Origin: a virus
Lineage: Duplodnaviria > Caudoviricetes
Virus record (IMG/VR): IMGVR_UViG_3300037755_000377
Span: 1-60,348 of that record
DNA length: 60,348 nucleotides
Strand: one strand, 5' to 3'
The translations under genes and the position numbers were made by a program. This document shows positions 45,327 to 53,906 of this stretch, one piece after another. The first letter of the stretch is position 1, and each line of letters opens with the position of its first letter. The notes below the pieces were generated by a model. The model was given only the letters and a program-made list of their open reading frames with translations, was not told the DNA's origin and did not search any database.

Positions 45327-45971
45327 ATGCGACGTGCTATCGCCGCAATCGGCATTGCCATGGGTTGTTTTCTGCTCGCACCGGCGCCGGCCAAGGCCGA
45401 TCCGATCGCGAAGTTTCTGTTCGGCGGTCATGCCGGAATCGGAAAGTACACAGCCAAGCCTCCCCGCAAGGCCGTCAAGCACAAGAAGGCCAAAAAACGG
45501 AAGAAGACGGTCAAGCGGTCCCGCCATGTCGGCCGACAGCGAAATGCCAGGCGATCAGCAACGATTGCAGGATATCGACGGGCGGTGACAAACAGCGGTG
45601 GCGCTAGGTTTGATCATGGTATTCGAGCCGTGGCGCGGGCACCGATCGGAGGATTGCCGGGGCAGGTCAAATCAGCTCTGCGGAGGGTTCAGGATCGTTG
45701 TCGGGGCTTTGCGGTGGTTTCCACATTTAGACGCGGCGCGCGTGTGGCGGGCACGCGAAGGCGCAGCCTGCATGCTGACTTCAAGGCAGCCGATTTCAAG
45801 GTCGATAACTACGCCTGCGCCTACAAGGCCCTCGCCGGATGGCGTCACGGCATCTCAACCGATGCTTGGAACGTGAATCATATCCATATCAGTTATAGTC
45901 CTAGCCGGCGGGAAGGTCGGTTCGTCCATCGTGGCCGCAGGGCGCAATATGCGTCTTCGAGGCGCCGGTGA
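45327..45971 (+). CDS. secreted peptidase M15-like protein
   Basis: Signal peptide ending AKA, Lys/Arg-rich linker, SLH...AADF, HIHIS zinc motifs. Confidence 0.75.
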   Translation: MRRAIAAIGIAMGCFLLAPAPAKADPIAKFLFGGHAGIGKYTAKPPRKAVKHKKAKKRKKTVKRSRHVGRQRNARRSATIAGYRRAVTNSGGARFDHGIRAVARAPIGGLPGQVKSALRRVQDRCRGFAVVSTFRRGARVAGTRRRSLHADFKAADFKVDNYACAYKALAGWRHGISTDAWNVNHIHISYSPSRREGRFVHRGRRAQYASSRRR

Positions 45972-45984
45972 TGGTGGCGAGTCG

Positions 45985-46290
45985 CTAGACCGACTCCCCC
46001 GCCCATCCCATCGGATGCCCGGCTGTGGACAGAAGAGATAGCGCCCGCCTGACATTGGGATCGTCCATGCCACGACGGGACTCGTAGGGAGTTTTGCTGG
46101 GGACGTACCGCTTGGCGGTTTTGTCGTAGCGCATGGCGCCAGGGTGCACCCGCTCGAATGCGGCGATGTCAATCGACGCCTGCGGAGTCGAGACGCCAAA
46201 TACTCCGGAGATATCCGCACGCTGTACCTCACCACGAATGGCGAGGCACCAATCGATGAAATCGAGCCGGCGGTCAGAGGACCAGGTCAT
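45985..46290 (-). CDS. stand-alone wHTH resembling the N-terminal domain of CapW/BrxR WYL regulators
   Basis: RRLDFIDW...GEVQRADISGVFGVSTPQASIDI...YDKTAKRY; no WYL domain. Confidence 0.75.
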   Translation of the reverse strand: MTWSSDRRLDFIDWCLAIRGEVQRADISGVFGVSTPQASIDIAAFERVHPGAMRYDKTAKRYVPSKTPYESRRGMDDPNVRRALSLLSTAGHPMGWAGESV

Positions 46291-46613
46291 GATTGAGCCT
46301 CCGAATAGTCATCGTCGCCCCAATGCTCCAAGTAATCGGATTGTTGATGGATGGTATCACGCGCTAACAATTGATGCAGGCGGTCTAGTTCCTCTGCTGT
46401 CGGCATTCTATTACCCTTATCTCGGTTGCATCCCATGCACGCGAGCACGACGTTGGTTCTGATAGCCATCCCGCCGCGCGATCGAGGTACGACCTCATCA
46501 AACGTGTCCATGCGCAGCGGGTCGGCTGCCGTTGTCGACATCGGCTCGCCGCAATAAAAGCAGGCGCCACCCTGCAATCGCAACAACGCCGCGCGACGCT
46601 TGTAGCGTCTCAC
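46287..46613 (-). CDS. HNH-fold protein with catalytic His replaced by Glu
   Basis: CFYCG...TFDEVVPRSRGG...NVVLACMGCNRDKG; acidic tail. Confidence 0.75.
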   Translation of the reverse strand: MRRYKRRAALLRLQGGACFYCGEPMSTTAADPLRMDTFDEVVPRSRGGMAIRTNVVLACMGCNRDKGNRMPTAEELDRLHQLLARDTIHQQSDYLEHWGDDDYSEAQS

Positions 46614-46876
46614 CGCATGCGGCTTACGGTGGCGCCGAGCAGTGCGGCGTGTGACGCCACCTCGTCACCTGTTACGCGGTCGGATATTTCAAAGCTGCCC
46701 ATATCCGACTCGTGCACCGGGGTGCCGAAGCCGCCGACATACAGCCGACCGCGCGTTGGGATGTAGGTGTAGCGCGCGCCGCCAGCCTCAAACTCCACAT
46801 GCGATGTGCGCATTATAACATTGGTGACCATGGTCATGTCGGTGTCTCCCGTTGGGTATTGAATAGGGGTTATCAC
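46610..46876 (-). CDS. small hypothetical protein
   Basis: Coupled in the inverted operon; start may be at MTMVTN (RBS GGGAG). Confidence 0.6.
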   Translation of the reverse strand: MITPIQYPTGDTDMTMVTNVIMRTSHVEFEAGGARYTYIPTRGRLYVGGFGTPVHESDMGSFEISDRVTGDEVASHAALLGATVSRMR

Positions 46877-47175
46877 GCCTGCCCGCTGAAATAGGTGCCC
46901 CGCGCCTCGCCGAAATCCATCACGTATAGGTTACCGCGTGTGGCTCCCTTGCGAGTCTGTAACCCGTTCCAGACCAGCAGGTTACCGAAGCTGTAATTAT
47001 CTGTCTCGTGCGGCTGGCCACATTTGGTGACGAAATCGGCGATGGTGTCGCGGGTCTGTGCGACCTGATCGTCACGGCAACAGGCGTCGTCCAGGTCGGC
47101 GTCTTCTTCGTATCCGCCATTATTGTTGGCGGCTGTCGCGAGGCGGAAATATGTGATCTGGGCTTGGGTCAACAT
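46873..47175 (-). CDS. small acidic hypothetical protein, first gene of the inverted operon
   Basis: RBS GAGGAG, MLTQAQITY...YEEDADLDDACCRDD. Confidence 0.7.
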   Translation of the reverse strand: MLTQAQITYFRLATAANNNGGYEEDADLDDACCRDDQVAQTRDTIADFVTKCGQPHETDNYSFGNLLVWNGLQTRKGATRGNLYVMDFGEARGTYFSGQA

Positions 47176-47203
47176 GTCCGTCGTCTCCTCTGTCGATATG
47201 ATG

Positions 47204-47232
47204 ATAGTAATGAGACCCGTATAATTAGTCAA
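47204..47232 (-). promoter_or_regulatory. strong sigma70 promoter with imperfect inverted repeat in the spacer
   Basis: TTGACT-N17-TACTAT; ACTAATTATAC-GG-GTCTCATTACT (8/11 pairs). Confidence 0.75.
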
Positions 47233-47291
47233 CCCATATCACCACCTCCGCAATCACGAAATGTTACAGCCAATCAAGGAATGATATCCTA

Positions 47292-47666
47292 ATGATCCCA
47301 CGTGATCAAACGACGCTCGGAGGCCACATATCAGCAGGCATTGCATGGCTGATCGGATGCCTCATTTTGGCAGCTGTCATCACGCTCATCGCATCGATCA
47401 TTGGGACAGCGCGGGCGCACGACCACTGGATTTCCCAGGGCGGATACCGAGGCCCAATCAACAACGAGTGGTGTTGCGGGAAAGCGGACTGTTTTGAAAT
47501 TTCGGCCACCAATATCAAACCCGTCGATGGCGGCTATCTGCTGACGCACATCAAAGAGCTTGTGCCGCAAACGGAAACCATCCCGAGCGAGGATGGCAAG
47601 TACTGGCGCTGCCAGCGGCCGAACGGAACGCGACGGTGTTTCTTTGCACCGATCAATGGGTATTAG
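47292..47666 (+). CDS. Cys-rich exported protein
   Basis: TM/signal ARAHD, WCCGKADC, SEDGKYWRC...RCFFAP. Confidence 0.7.
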   Translation: MIPRDQTTLGGHISAGIAWLIGCLILAAVITLIASIIGTARAHDHWISQGGYRGPINNEWCCGKADCFEISATNIKPVDGGYLLTHIKELVPQTETIPSEDGKYWRCQRPNGTRRCFFAPINGY

Positions 47667-47674
47667 GAGGCATC

Positions 47675-47827
47675 ATGATAACACTAGGTGTAATCATGAT
47701 ACTTGTTGGGGCCTTAATAACAAATCGAGCGACTGATCCTCCAACAGCTATCCTTGGCATGTGGATTGCCGGTGCGGGTATTGCGATACTCGTTGGCACT
47801 TTGATCTGGAAACTTGGGATTCCTTGA
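47675..47827 (+). CDS. small two-TM protein (holin candidate)
   Basis: RBS AGGAGG, two hydrophobic helices upstream of the endolysin. Confidence 0.5.
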   Translation: MITLGVIMILVGALITNRATDPPTAILGMWIAGAGIAILVGTLIWKLGIP

Positions 47828-47829
47828 CA

Positions 47830-47946
47830 ATGGAAACACTTAAATCAATCGGTACCTGGATTTCTGATGTCTGGACGGCGACGCCGTACAAGGCTCATGT
47901 CATTGTGTTTGGTGTGGGATTCGTGCTCGGCGCCGTAGTGTTCTGA
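47830..47946 (+). CDS. small membrane protein
   Basis: METLKSIG...VFGVGFVLGAVVF, coupled to the endolysin. Confidence 0.5.
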   Translation: METLKSIGTWISDVWTATPYKAHVIVFGVGFVLGAVVF

Positions 47947-49064
47947 TGAGAAAGTGGCCGAAAGATAACCAAGCCGCACTGATCCGCTTTTATGGCAAGC
48001 CTCCGAGCGTGGTCGAAAAGCAGATGGTGTACATCGAGCCGCCGTTTCGCATGACCTATTCCGGCGCGCCGCTCACGCGGTTGAGGTTTCATAAAAAGGC
48101 CGCCCCGGCACTGGCGGCTGCGCTGCAAAAGATTTGGGATTTCTATGGCCACGACCAGGCCATGATCGACAAGCTCGGCGTCTCGCGAACGGCCGGGACA
48201 TTCAATCCGCGCAAGATTCGCGGCAGCAAGACAAAGTGGTCAAACCACGCCTATGGCGCTGCGATCGATATCAACTCGGAAGAAAACGGTCTTGGTGCGG
48301 TCAGGTCCACCATTCCGCTGCCTGTTATCGCGGCATTCAAAAGTGAGGGCGCGAAGTGGGGCGGGGACTACAAGGGCCGCAAAGACAACATGCATTTCGA
48401 GTTCGTTGATAGCGGCGAGCCGGAACGCACGTTTGACAAATGGCTTGAAGTTCTTGGCGTGACCAAAGAAATCAGCCAAGCGACAGTAGCGCTGCCGGCA
48501 CGCCATGCCGAATATGATGAGGATGTGTCCCGCGTTCAAACCGTGCTCAAGCGGATGAACTATAATCCAGGCGGCCTCGACGGCCGATGGGGCGGTATGA
48601 CCGCAGGCGCGATCTCGGCATTTCTGAACGATCGGGAATCGGATTTGTCGTCACCAACATCGCTTGATGAATTTGGCAAGGTGCTGACCGATCTCGATGC
48701 CGAAATTGAGGCTGCGCGCGGCGCTGGGTTTGTTCGGCCTGTCTCGCAGGCGCGCGCGTCCATGACAGCAGCCGGGCTTTCTGAAACCGCAACGGACGTG
48801 TCGGCGTCGCGAAGGGCTGAGAAGGTGAGTTTTTGGGGCGCTGTCGGCACCGCCACCACGGCAACAATAACAGGCATCGGGCAATTCTTTTCCGATGCCG
48901 TCGAATGGCTGTCTCCCGTCAAGCAATTCGTAACCGACCTGCCGTGGCCGGTATGGGCTTCGGCTGCTCTCGTGCTGTCCAGCGCGCTCTATTACATTTC
49001 CCGTCAGTCTGGAAATTCGCAGCGCGCGGCGGTCAAGGATTATCAGGAAGGGCTTCGGCAATGA
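47946..49064 (+). CDS. endolysin: M15 peptidase, peptidoglycan-binding domain, C-terminal TM segments
   Basis: SNHAYGAAIDIN, WGGDY...DNMHFE; VQTVLKRMNY.PGGLDGRWGGMTAGAISAF. Confidence 0.85.
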   Translation: MRKWPKDNQAALIRFYGKPPSVVEKQMVYIEPPFRMTYSGAPLTRLRFHKKAAPALAAALQKIWDFYGHDQAMIDKLGVSRTAGTFNPRKIRGSKTKWSNHAYGAAIDINSEENGLGAVRSTIPLPVIAAFKSEGAKWGGDYKGRKDNMHFEFVDSGEPERTFDKWLEVLGVTKEISQATVALPARHAEYDEDVSRVQTVLKRMNYNPGGLDGRWGGMTAGAISAFLNDRESDLSSPTSLDEFGKVLTDLDAEIEAARGAGFVRPVSQARASMTAAGLSETATDVSASRRAEKVSFWGAVGTATTATITGIGQFFSDAVEWLSPVKQFVTDLPWPVWASAALVLSSALYYISRQSGNSQRAAVKDYQEGLRQ

Positions 49065-49372
49065 TGGAATGGATCACGCTTAACATCATCAATGAGATCA
49101 ACGTCTGGATTGTCGTCGCTGTTGTTGTGGGCCTGGCCTGCATTGCGATCGCGATCTATGTACCTCCGATCCGTGGGCTGATGTTTGCAGTCGGCGGCGT
49201 TATCCTGGCGGCGGCGGCATTTTATGCAAAGGGCGTGCGCGATCAGCGTGAATTGGAGAAGAAGAAGCGCGACTCGGCAGTCAAAAAGGTCACGGACAAG
49301 TACGACAAGATCGACAAGCGGAAAACGAAACCGGGGGATGTAGAAAAGAGGTTGAAAGATGGCACCTTTTAA
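49061..49372 (+). CDS. i-spanin-like membrane protein
   Basis: N-terminal TM helices then charged coil; overlaps a lipoprotein gene. Confidence 0.6.
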   Translation: MMEWITLNIINEINVWIVVAVVVGLACIAIAIYVPPIRGLMFAVGGVILAAAAFYAKGVRDQRELEKKKRDSAVKKVTDKYDKIDKRKTKPGDVEKRLKDGTF

Positions 49373-49583
49373 AATTGCAGCCGTCACCTTGATGTGTGGG
49401 GTTCTTTCTACTTGCGTGACGTTCGATCCGCGCGCTTGTCCTACCGAGAAGGTTTACACAAGGTCCGAACAGCAGCAATTGGCTGCCGAATATAAGAAGC
49501 TCCCCCCGGCAACAAAACAGGCCATTGTCGATTATCTTGACCTGCGCGACAAGGCCCGCGCCTGTCGTGGTCGGAGCGTGTAG
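49359..49583 (+). CDS. o-spanin-like lipoprotein
   Basis: Lipobox-like LSTC, further Cys residues, Rz/Rz1-type arrangement. Confidence 0.6.
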   Translation: MAPFKIAAVTLMCGVLSTCVTFDPRACPTEKVYTRSEQQQLAAEYKKLPPATKQAIVDYLDLRDKARACRGRSV

Positions 49584-49617
49584 GCGATCGTTCGAATAAC
49601 CACTAGGAGTTACCGTC

Positions 49618-49848
49618 ATGCTTGAGGCCCTGATCCAGCTACTGATCTACATCTGCTTGGTAGCTATCGTCATCTACCTGTGCATTTGGGTTCTGCAAAC
49701 AGTCGTCGGCATCAGTTTGCCGGCCAAGGTTGTTCAAATTCTATGGGTCATCTTCGCGCTGATCGTCATCCTGTTGCTTGTAAGGTTGCTACTACCACAC
49801 ACGGGTAGGATTCTTGGGTTCATTGATCGGGTGCCTCTGTTGGCGTAG
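49618..49848 (+). CDS. small two-TM membrane protein
   Basis: RBS AGGAG, highly hydrophobic. Confidence 0.7.
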   Translation: MLEALIQLLIYICLVAIVIYLCIWVLQTVVGISLPAKVVQILWVIFALIVILLLVRLLLPHTGRILGFIDRVPLLA

Positions 49849-49925
49849 TCAAGAAATGTCCCGCGTTTTAACCACCGTACCGGAACCGCGCGCCTACACA
49901 ACCGTTAACGACGCGAGGAAACAAA

Positions 49926-50165
49926 ATGCAAGATGTGGAGGTGCCTCGGTCGGGTTTTGATGGCTCTCCACTGCGTCCCGATGAAAATCAATGGCTGCGA
50001 GAGTTTCGGCACGAACAAGCAGCGCGAGAGAAAAGGCGTGAAATAATTCGACGACGGATTTTGATTTATCTGTCTTGGTTAACAGGTAGTGGTACGGTCT
50101 TGCTCTTAGCTCAGAACACTGGAATTGTTGACTGGATAGCCAAGCTCTTCGTAAGAGGTCCGTGA
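49926..50165 (+). CDS. small membrane protein
   Basis: RBS GAGGA; C-terminal TM. Confidence 0.6.
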   Translation: MQDVEVPRSGFDGSPLRPDENQWLREFRHEQAAREKRREIIRRRILIYLSWLTGSGTVLLLAQNTGIVDWIAKLFVRGP

Positions 50166-50689
50166 CGATGTTCGTAGCTATCTGGCTGCGTAGGATATTG
50201 GTTCGAAACGTGATGCCGGCAATGCCGGCAATGACGGCTGTCCTGCTTCTCGTTTGTGGATTTCTTGTACAGGTCGATCGGTCTGAGCCGGTCGATCTAG
50301 TTGGCGGTTACGTTATTCCGGAAAGCATCAATCTGTCTCAGCCCCTGCCGGTTGGCGTGCTTCCGTCAGTTACTATTAGGTGGGAAGCGCGGTGGCAGCG
50401 ACGGTGTGAGGGGATTGTTTCGCGAGAGCTGGTTGGGGCTGACGGTGTTATTCGTTTTTATGTAAAAGAGGCACTACGCATTCCAGCACATTTAGGTCAG
50501 CAGGTCGAGTACGTAGGTGTTAAAGTTGACCGAAGTTTGCCTCCCGGTAAAACAAAATACCGGGAGGTGCTTCTGTTTTATCGGTGTGGTCTAACGAGCC
50601 GTATTTGGCCGTTGGAAATTGAAGTTCCTGAACTTGAATTTCAGGTTGTGAACGATAAGACCACGAAATCTCCGGCCCTCCCCCGGTGA
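50162..50689 (+). CDS. membrane-anchored hypothetical protein
   Basis: N-terminal TM, beta-rich exported domain with two Cys. Confidence 0.55.
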   Translation: MTMFVAIWLRRILVRNVMPAMPAMTAVLLLVCGFLVQVDRSEPVDLVGGYVIPESINLSQPLPVGVLPSVTIRWEARWQRRCEGIVSRELVGADGVIRFYVKEALRIPAHLGQQVEYVGVKVDRSLPPGKTKYREVLLFYRCGLTSRIWPLEIEVPELEFQVVNDKTTKSPALPR

Positions 50690-50744
50690 TAGCAGGCTAC
50701 CGGCCATATCCGGCCGCCGGTCTGTTTAACGTCCCCGTGACTTG

Positions 50745-50778
50745 GCCCCGCTTGGCTTCGGCCGGGCGGGGCTTTTTT
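50745..50778 (+). terminator. late-operon terminator
   Basis: GCCCCGCTTGGC-TTCG-GCCGGGCGGGGC-TTTTTT at the convergence with minus-strand genes. Confidence 0.9.
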
Positions 50779-50799
50779 CGTTGGAGCGGCGCGCATGGC

Positions 50800-51087
50800 C
50801 TATTTTGTTGAGCCGTGAAATCTAGGGTCAGGCGGGAATATAACCGGGGTTTGGACGGTCGCCATCGCGCCAATGGTTGCTGTAAGCTGCTTCAGCAACG
50901 GCTCTTGGGCGTCCGCGTAAATTTGCCGCACAAGAGAAAATAAAGAAAGTTCAAACTGAACCCGTTCAGAGCGATCCTCCGGTGCAAAGCGACGAAAGAA
51001 ATCTTCCACCTGCTGCTCAAAAATAGCGGTGTTCCGCTTTTTATCGTTCTCCGCGATATGCATAGCTGTCAGAGTTTTATCACTCAT
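50800..51087 (-). CDS. hypothetical protein
   Basis: RBS AGGA, protein-like. Confidence 0.6.
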   Translation of the reverse strand: MSDKTLTAMHIAENDKKRNTAIFEQQVEDFFRRFAPEDRSERVQFELSLFSLVRQIYADAQEPLLKQLTATIGAMATVQTPVIFPPDPRFHGSTK

Positions 51088-51258
51088 TGTCCTGCCCTTT
51101 CTGCCTCAAAGTTGGTTTATTCAAGTCTTTGCATACGTGAATCTACGAGTCGTGAAAAACCGCCTTGCAGCGCGGGCATCGCAGAATCGGATATGGCGGT
51201 CTTTCGTTCTCGTCCGTCAGCCATGTCGGATTTGGCTTTTCCGTCATCACTGCCCCTT

Positions 51259-51309
51259 TCCCTACTGTGGCAATGCGGGCGGGCTTTCCCCGCCCTGTTG
51301 CCATGTCCG
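51259..51309. repeat. 51-bp hairpin-containing repeat, copy 1
   Basis: TCCCTRCTGTGGCAATGCGGGCGGGCTTTCCCCGCCCTGTTGCCATGTCCG; one mismatch to 52640-52690. Confidence 0.9.
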
Positions 51310-51379
51310 ACTCATTTAAGCACTAACAGTAGATGGGCGAACAGAAAAATTGAGATCGCAACAAAAAGCATTTATTGTC

Positions 51380-51583
51380 CTATTCATCGTCAGTAATATG
51401 CCCGAGCAGCAGCGCTCTTTCCTGCAACAACGAATCAATCTCACTGATTATATCGCATGCTTCCTCGTATGAATCCGGTATTTTGCCTGACTGTCGAGAT
51501 AAGGCGCGCTCTAAGCTCTCGATAGTTTCTCCACAAATGTGTAATTCTGCTTTATTTCTTCGGTAGCGAGGATGGGGGATCAA
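51380..51583 (-). CDS. hypothetical protein
   Basis: Coupled ORF. Confidence 0.5.
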   Translation of the reverse strand: MIPHPRYRRNKAELHICGETIESLERALSRQSGKIPDSYEEACDIISEIDSLLQERALLLGHITDDE

Positions 51584-51858
51584 AGTGCCGATCCCTCTTC
51601 AGTTCCTGTAAATGCCAACTTGTTGCACACCCCGCACGGCATTCCGGCGCCACAGTCACAGGATGCCGCGTTCTTACTATCCCATGGCAAGTTCGGATGA
51701 TTCTCGCAGACCCATCCAGTGCCGTCGCAGTTCTCGCAATGAGTAGCGCGGCGCAGGCGCTCGATTTCGTCGGCAGCTTCTAAGCAAATAGAGTTGCTGG
51801 CCGCGCGCTCACGCCAATCTTTTGCATACTCTCGAAGACGGGCAACGATGTCGTCCAT
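51580..51858 (-). CDS. Cys-rich (Zn-finger-like) hypothetical protein
   Basis: MDDIVARLR..EAADEIERLR then CENCDGTGWVCENHP...CDCGAGMPC. Confidence 0.65.
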   Translation of the reverse strand: MDDIVARLREYAKDWRERAASNSICLEAADEIERLRRATHCENCDGTGWVCENHPNLPWDSKNAASCDCGAGMPCGVCNKLAFTGTEEGSAL

Positions 51859-51892
51859 ATTTCGGACCTTTCTGTGGTTGATTGGCTGGCGT

Positions 51893-52291
51893 CTATCCTG
51901 ATTTTGATCCAGCACTAACGAGGATGCCATTTGCGGCTATTCCAAGCCTAACTTTGGTCCTGTGCCGGCGCTGCCATTCCTCTTTTGGGATAGTTCGGAC
52001 CCGATCCCATTCCCGCCGCTCTTCCATCTGCGCGTCGAGCCCAATATTCTTGGCTAGGCAGTCCAGCGTCATGCGGGCTTGCCCGATTTCCTTATGTATC
52101 GGCCCTGGCTCTCGGGAGTACACCCGAGCCGTAATCGCATTGACGATCTCCATATCCAGACCCTCTGCCTGCGCAAGTTCTATCGCCTCTTCAAGGAACC
52201 GGCATGCTCGCTCGTTCCGGTCCCGTGCGATTGGCCCAAACATGCTGGCAGCCCAATCCAGGACTTTCTCGGCATCGACTTCATGTGGCAT
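51893..52291 (-). CDS. MazG-like nucleotide pyrophosphohydrolase-fold protein
   Basis: RFLEEAIELAQA...KEIGQ...helical ExxE pattern. Confidence 0.55.
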   Translation of the reverse strand: MPHEVDAEKVLDWAASMFGPIARDRNERACRFLEEAIELAQAEGLDMEIVNAITARVYSREPGPIHKEIGQARMTLDCLAKNIGLDAQMEERREWDRVRTIPKEEWQRRHRTKVRLGIAANGILVSAGSKSG

Positions 52292-52441
52292 CAATCCTGC
52301 CTTTCTTGCGGTCATCCAAAGATGTACCATCCGATGGTCCACCCAACAGCCAAGATGACGACGGAATAGGTGACAAACGTAAGCGCCGGTACTGACCAAT
52401 CATTGCGCTCCTGGTCGCCGCTCGTCATTTCCCGCCCCATT

Positions 52442-52627
52442 CTAGCTGTTGCGGATTGCACGCCAAATAGCAGATTCGCGCTCGGCGTCGGTTAGTCGCT
52501 GCCAATGGTCATACTGGGCGTTGTGAAGATCGAGTGAATGTTGATTTTCATTGTAGCAAGCAACGCAAACGCCTTCGGAAAATCCATCTTTCGGCGTCGG
52601 CTCGCCGCATTGCTGGCAGTTTTGCAT
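52442..52627 (-). CDS. small Zn-ribbon protein
   Basis: CQQCG...CVAC; RBS GGGAG. Confidence 0.6.
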   Translation of the reverse strand: MQNCQQCGEPTPKDGFSEGVCVACYNENQHSLDLHNAQYDHWQRLTDAERESAIWRAIRNS

Positions 52628-52639
52628 AATCCGACCATC

Positions 52640-52690
52640 TCCCTGCTGTGGCAATGCGGGCGGGCTTTCCCCGCCCTGTTGCCATGTCCG
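52640..52690. repeat. 51-bp hairpin-containing repeat, copy 2
   Basis: See 51259-51309. Confidence 0.9.
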
Positions 52691-52724
52691 CCTCCTATAT
52701 CTAACGAGACAGTTCAGCGCAGTC

Positions 52725-52785
52725 ATATTAACGCCTAGTATTTTCCCCGTCAAGGCTTGACGTGGCGAGCCATGGCATTTATAAA
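52725..52785. promoter_or_regulatory. back-to-back divergent promoters
   Basis: Minus TTGACG-N17-TAATAT (52753 to 52725) and plus TTGACG-N17-TATAAA (52757-52785); the -35 boxes form palindrome CGTCAA-GGC-TTGACG. Confidence 0.8.
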
Positions 52786-52792
52786 CGAATCC

Positions 52793-52951
52793 ATGGCAAA
52801 AGAAAAGGTATCCATGCGGCTTGATTCCGACCTGCTGGAGCGGCTTCGCGCTGCCAGTCAGATTGGACAGTACCCGCCAACCATGACTCAAATCGTGGAG
52901 CGCGGAATTGAATTGGCGTTGCGCGAACTGGAGAGGCAGAAGCGGAAGTGA
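52793..52951 (+). CDS. ribbon-helix-helix (Arc/Mnt/CopG-like) regulator, probably leaderless
   Basis: MAKEKVSMRLDSDLLERLRAA...TMTQIVERGIEL; ATG 7 nt after the -10 box. Confidence 0.75.
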   Translation: MAKEKVSMRLDSDLLERLRAASQIGQYPPTMTQIVERGIELALRELERQKRK

Positions 52952-52990
52952 GCAGTTGGCCGGCTGGCCGACAAGCGAAGGATTTGAGAT

Positions 52991-53218
52991 ATGGCTGAGC
53001 CGTCAACGGATATTGAACCTGATCGCGCATTTGTAAACGGCATGATTGAAGTGATGACCGCCGCTGACGTAAAGGCATGGCTGACTGAGCGGCTGGAGAA
53101 TTGTTATCGCCATGCGAGCACAAAGACCGGCGAGGACCGCGAGGGTTGGCTTGAGGATGCAGCATTCTTTGCCGGCGCAATCGGTTTGATTGACTGGACC
53201 GCCGACAATAGGAATTGA
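52991..53218 (+). CDS. small hypothetical cassette protein
   Basis: Between junction repeats. Confidence 0.6.
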   Translation: MAEPSTDIEPDRAFVNGMIEVMTAADVKAWLTERLENCYRHASTKTGEDREGWLEDAAFFAGAIGLIDWTADNRN

Positions 53219-53242
53219 CGAACTGGAGAGGCAGAAGCGGAA

Positions 53243-53419
53243 ATGAAAAAATTGAGCACGTCTGAAAAACTGAGCCTGATCCGAATGCACGGCAAGAGAC
53301 TCGCCAAAACAGGACGGGGAATCGGTATGCCGGTAAGAAGCGACACGCTCGCATCGGCGCAGCGTATTATTGATCTGGCCAAATCTATTCCAAAAACGGA
53401 ATGGGCGATCGAAGAATAA
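53243..53419 (+). CDS. small hypothetical cassette protein (58 aa)
   Basis: Manual ORF MKKLSTSEKLSLIRMHGK..., starts at a repeat end. Confidence 0.55.
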   Translation: MKKLSTSEKLSLIRMHGKRLAKTGRGIGMPVRSDTLASAQRIIDLAKSIPKTEWAIEE

Positions 53420-53456
53420 GGGAGGCCGGCAAGCGGCCAAAGTGAAGGAGGTGCTT

Positions 53457-53708
53457 ATGGCTGAGAAGAAAAAAGTAAAGCGGAAGCGGAAATGGACTTG
53501 GCTACGCTACCGTAAAGGCGATCACGCGCACAATCTGTTCTACGCGGCACAACACTGGATACACGAGAACGGCGGCACGGCTGTTGTCCTTAGCGGCATT
53601 AGCCTGATGGACCAGGGCGCCGGCCGTTACCAAGTCTGCATCGGCGCACTTGGAAAGATGCCAGAGAAAAAACAAAAGTCAGGTCCGGCAGGCAAGCGGC
53701 CAAAGTGA
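53457..53708 (+). CDS. small basic cassette protein
   Basis: RBS AAGGAGG from the repeat; stop codon supplied by the next repeat (GKRPK*). Confidence 0.65.
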   Translation: MAEKKKVKRKRKWTWLRYRKGDHAHNLFYAAQHWIHENGGTAVVLSGISLMDQGAGRYQVCIGALGKMPEKKQKSGPAGKRPK

Positions 53709-53723
53709 AGGAGGGGTTAGGCG

Positions 53724-53906
53724 ATGAAGTATCAGATAGGTGATTACGTCATCAAGGAAGCGGGAGACTATCGATTCGAGGGCAGAATCGTTTCCGCTTT
53801 TGAAAAATTGTCTGGCACGGAACGATACGTTGTCGAAAACAGCGACGGTATGCTGTTTATCTTCAGCGAAGGTCAACTTGCTCGGCACCAAGAGCGGATA
53901 GCCTAA
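53724..53906 (+). CDS. small SH3-like beta-barrel cassette protein
   Basis: MKYQIGDYVIKEAGDYRFEGRIV...RYVVE. Confidence 0.65.
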   Translation: MKYQIGDYVIKEAGDYRFEGRIVSAFEKLSGTERYVVENSDGMLFIFSEGQLARHQERIA

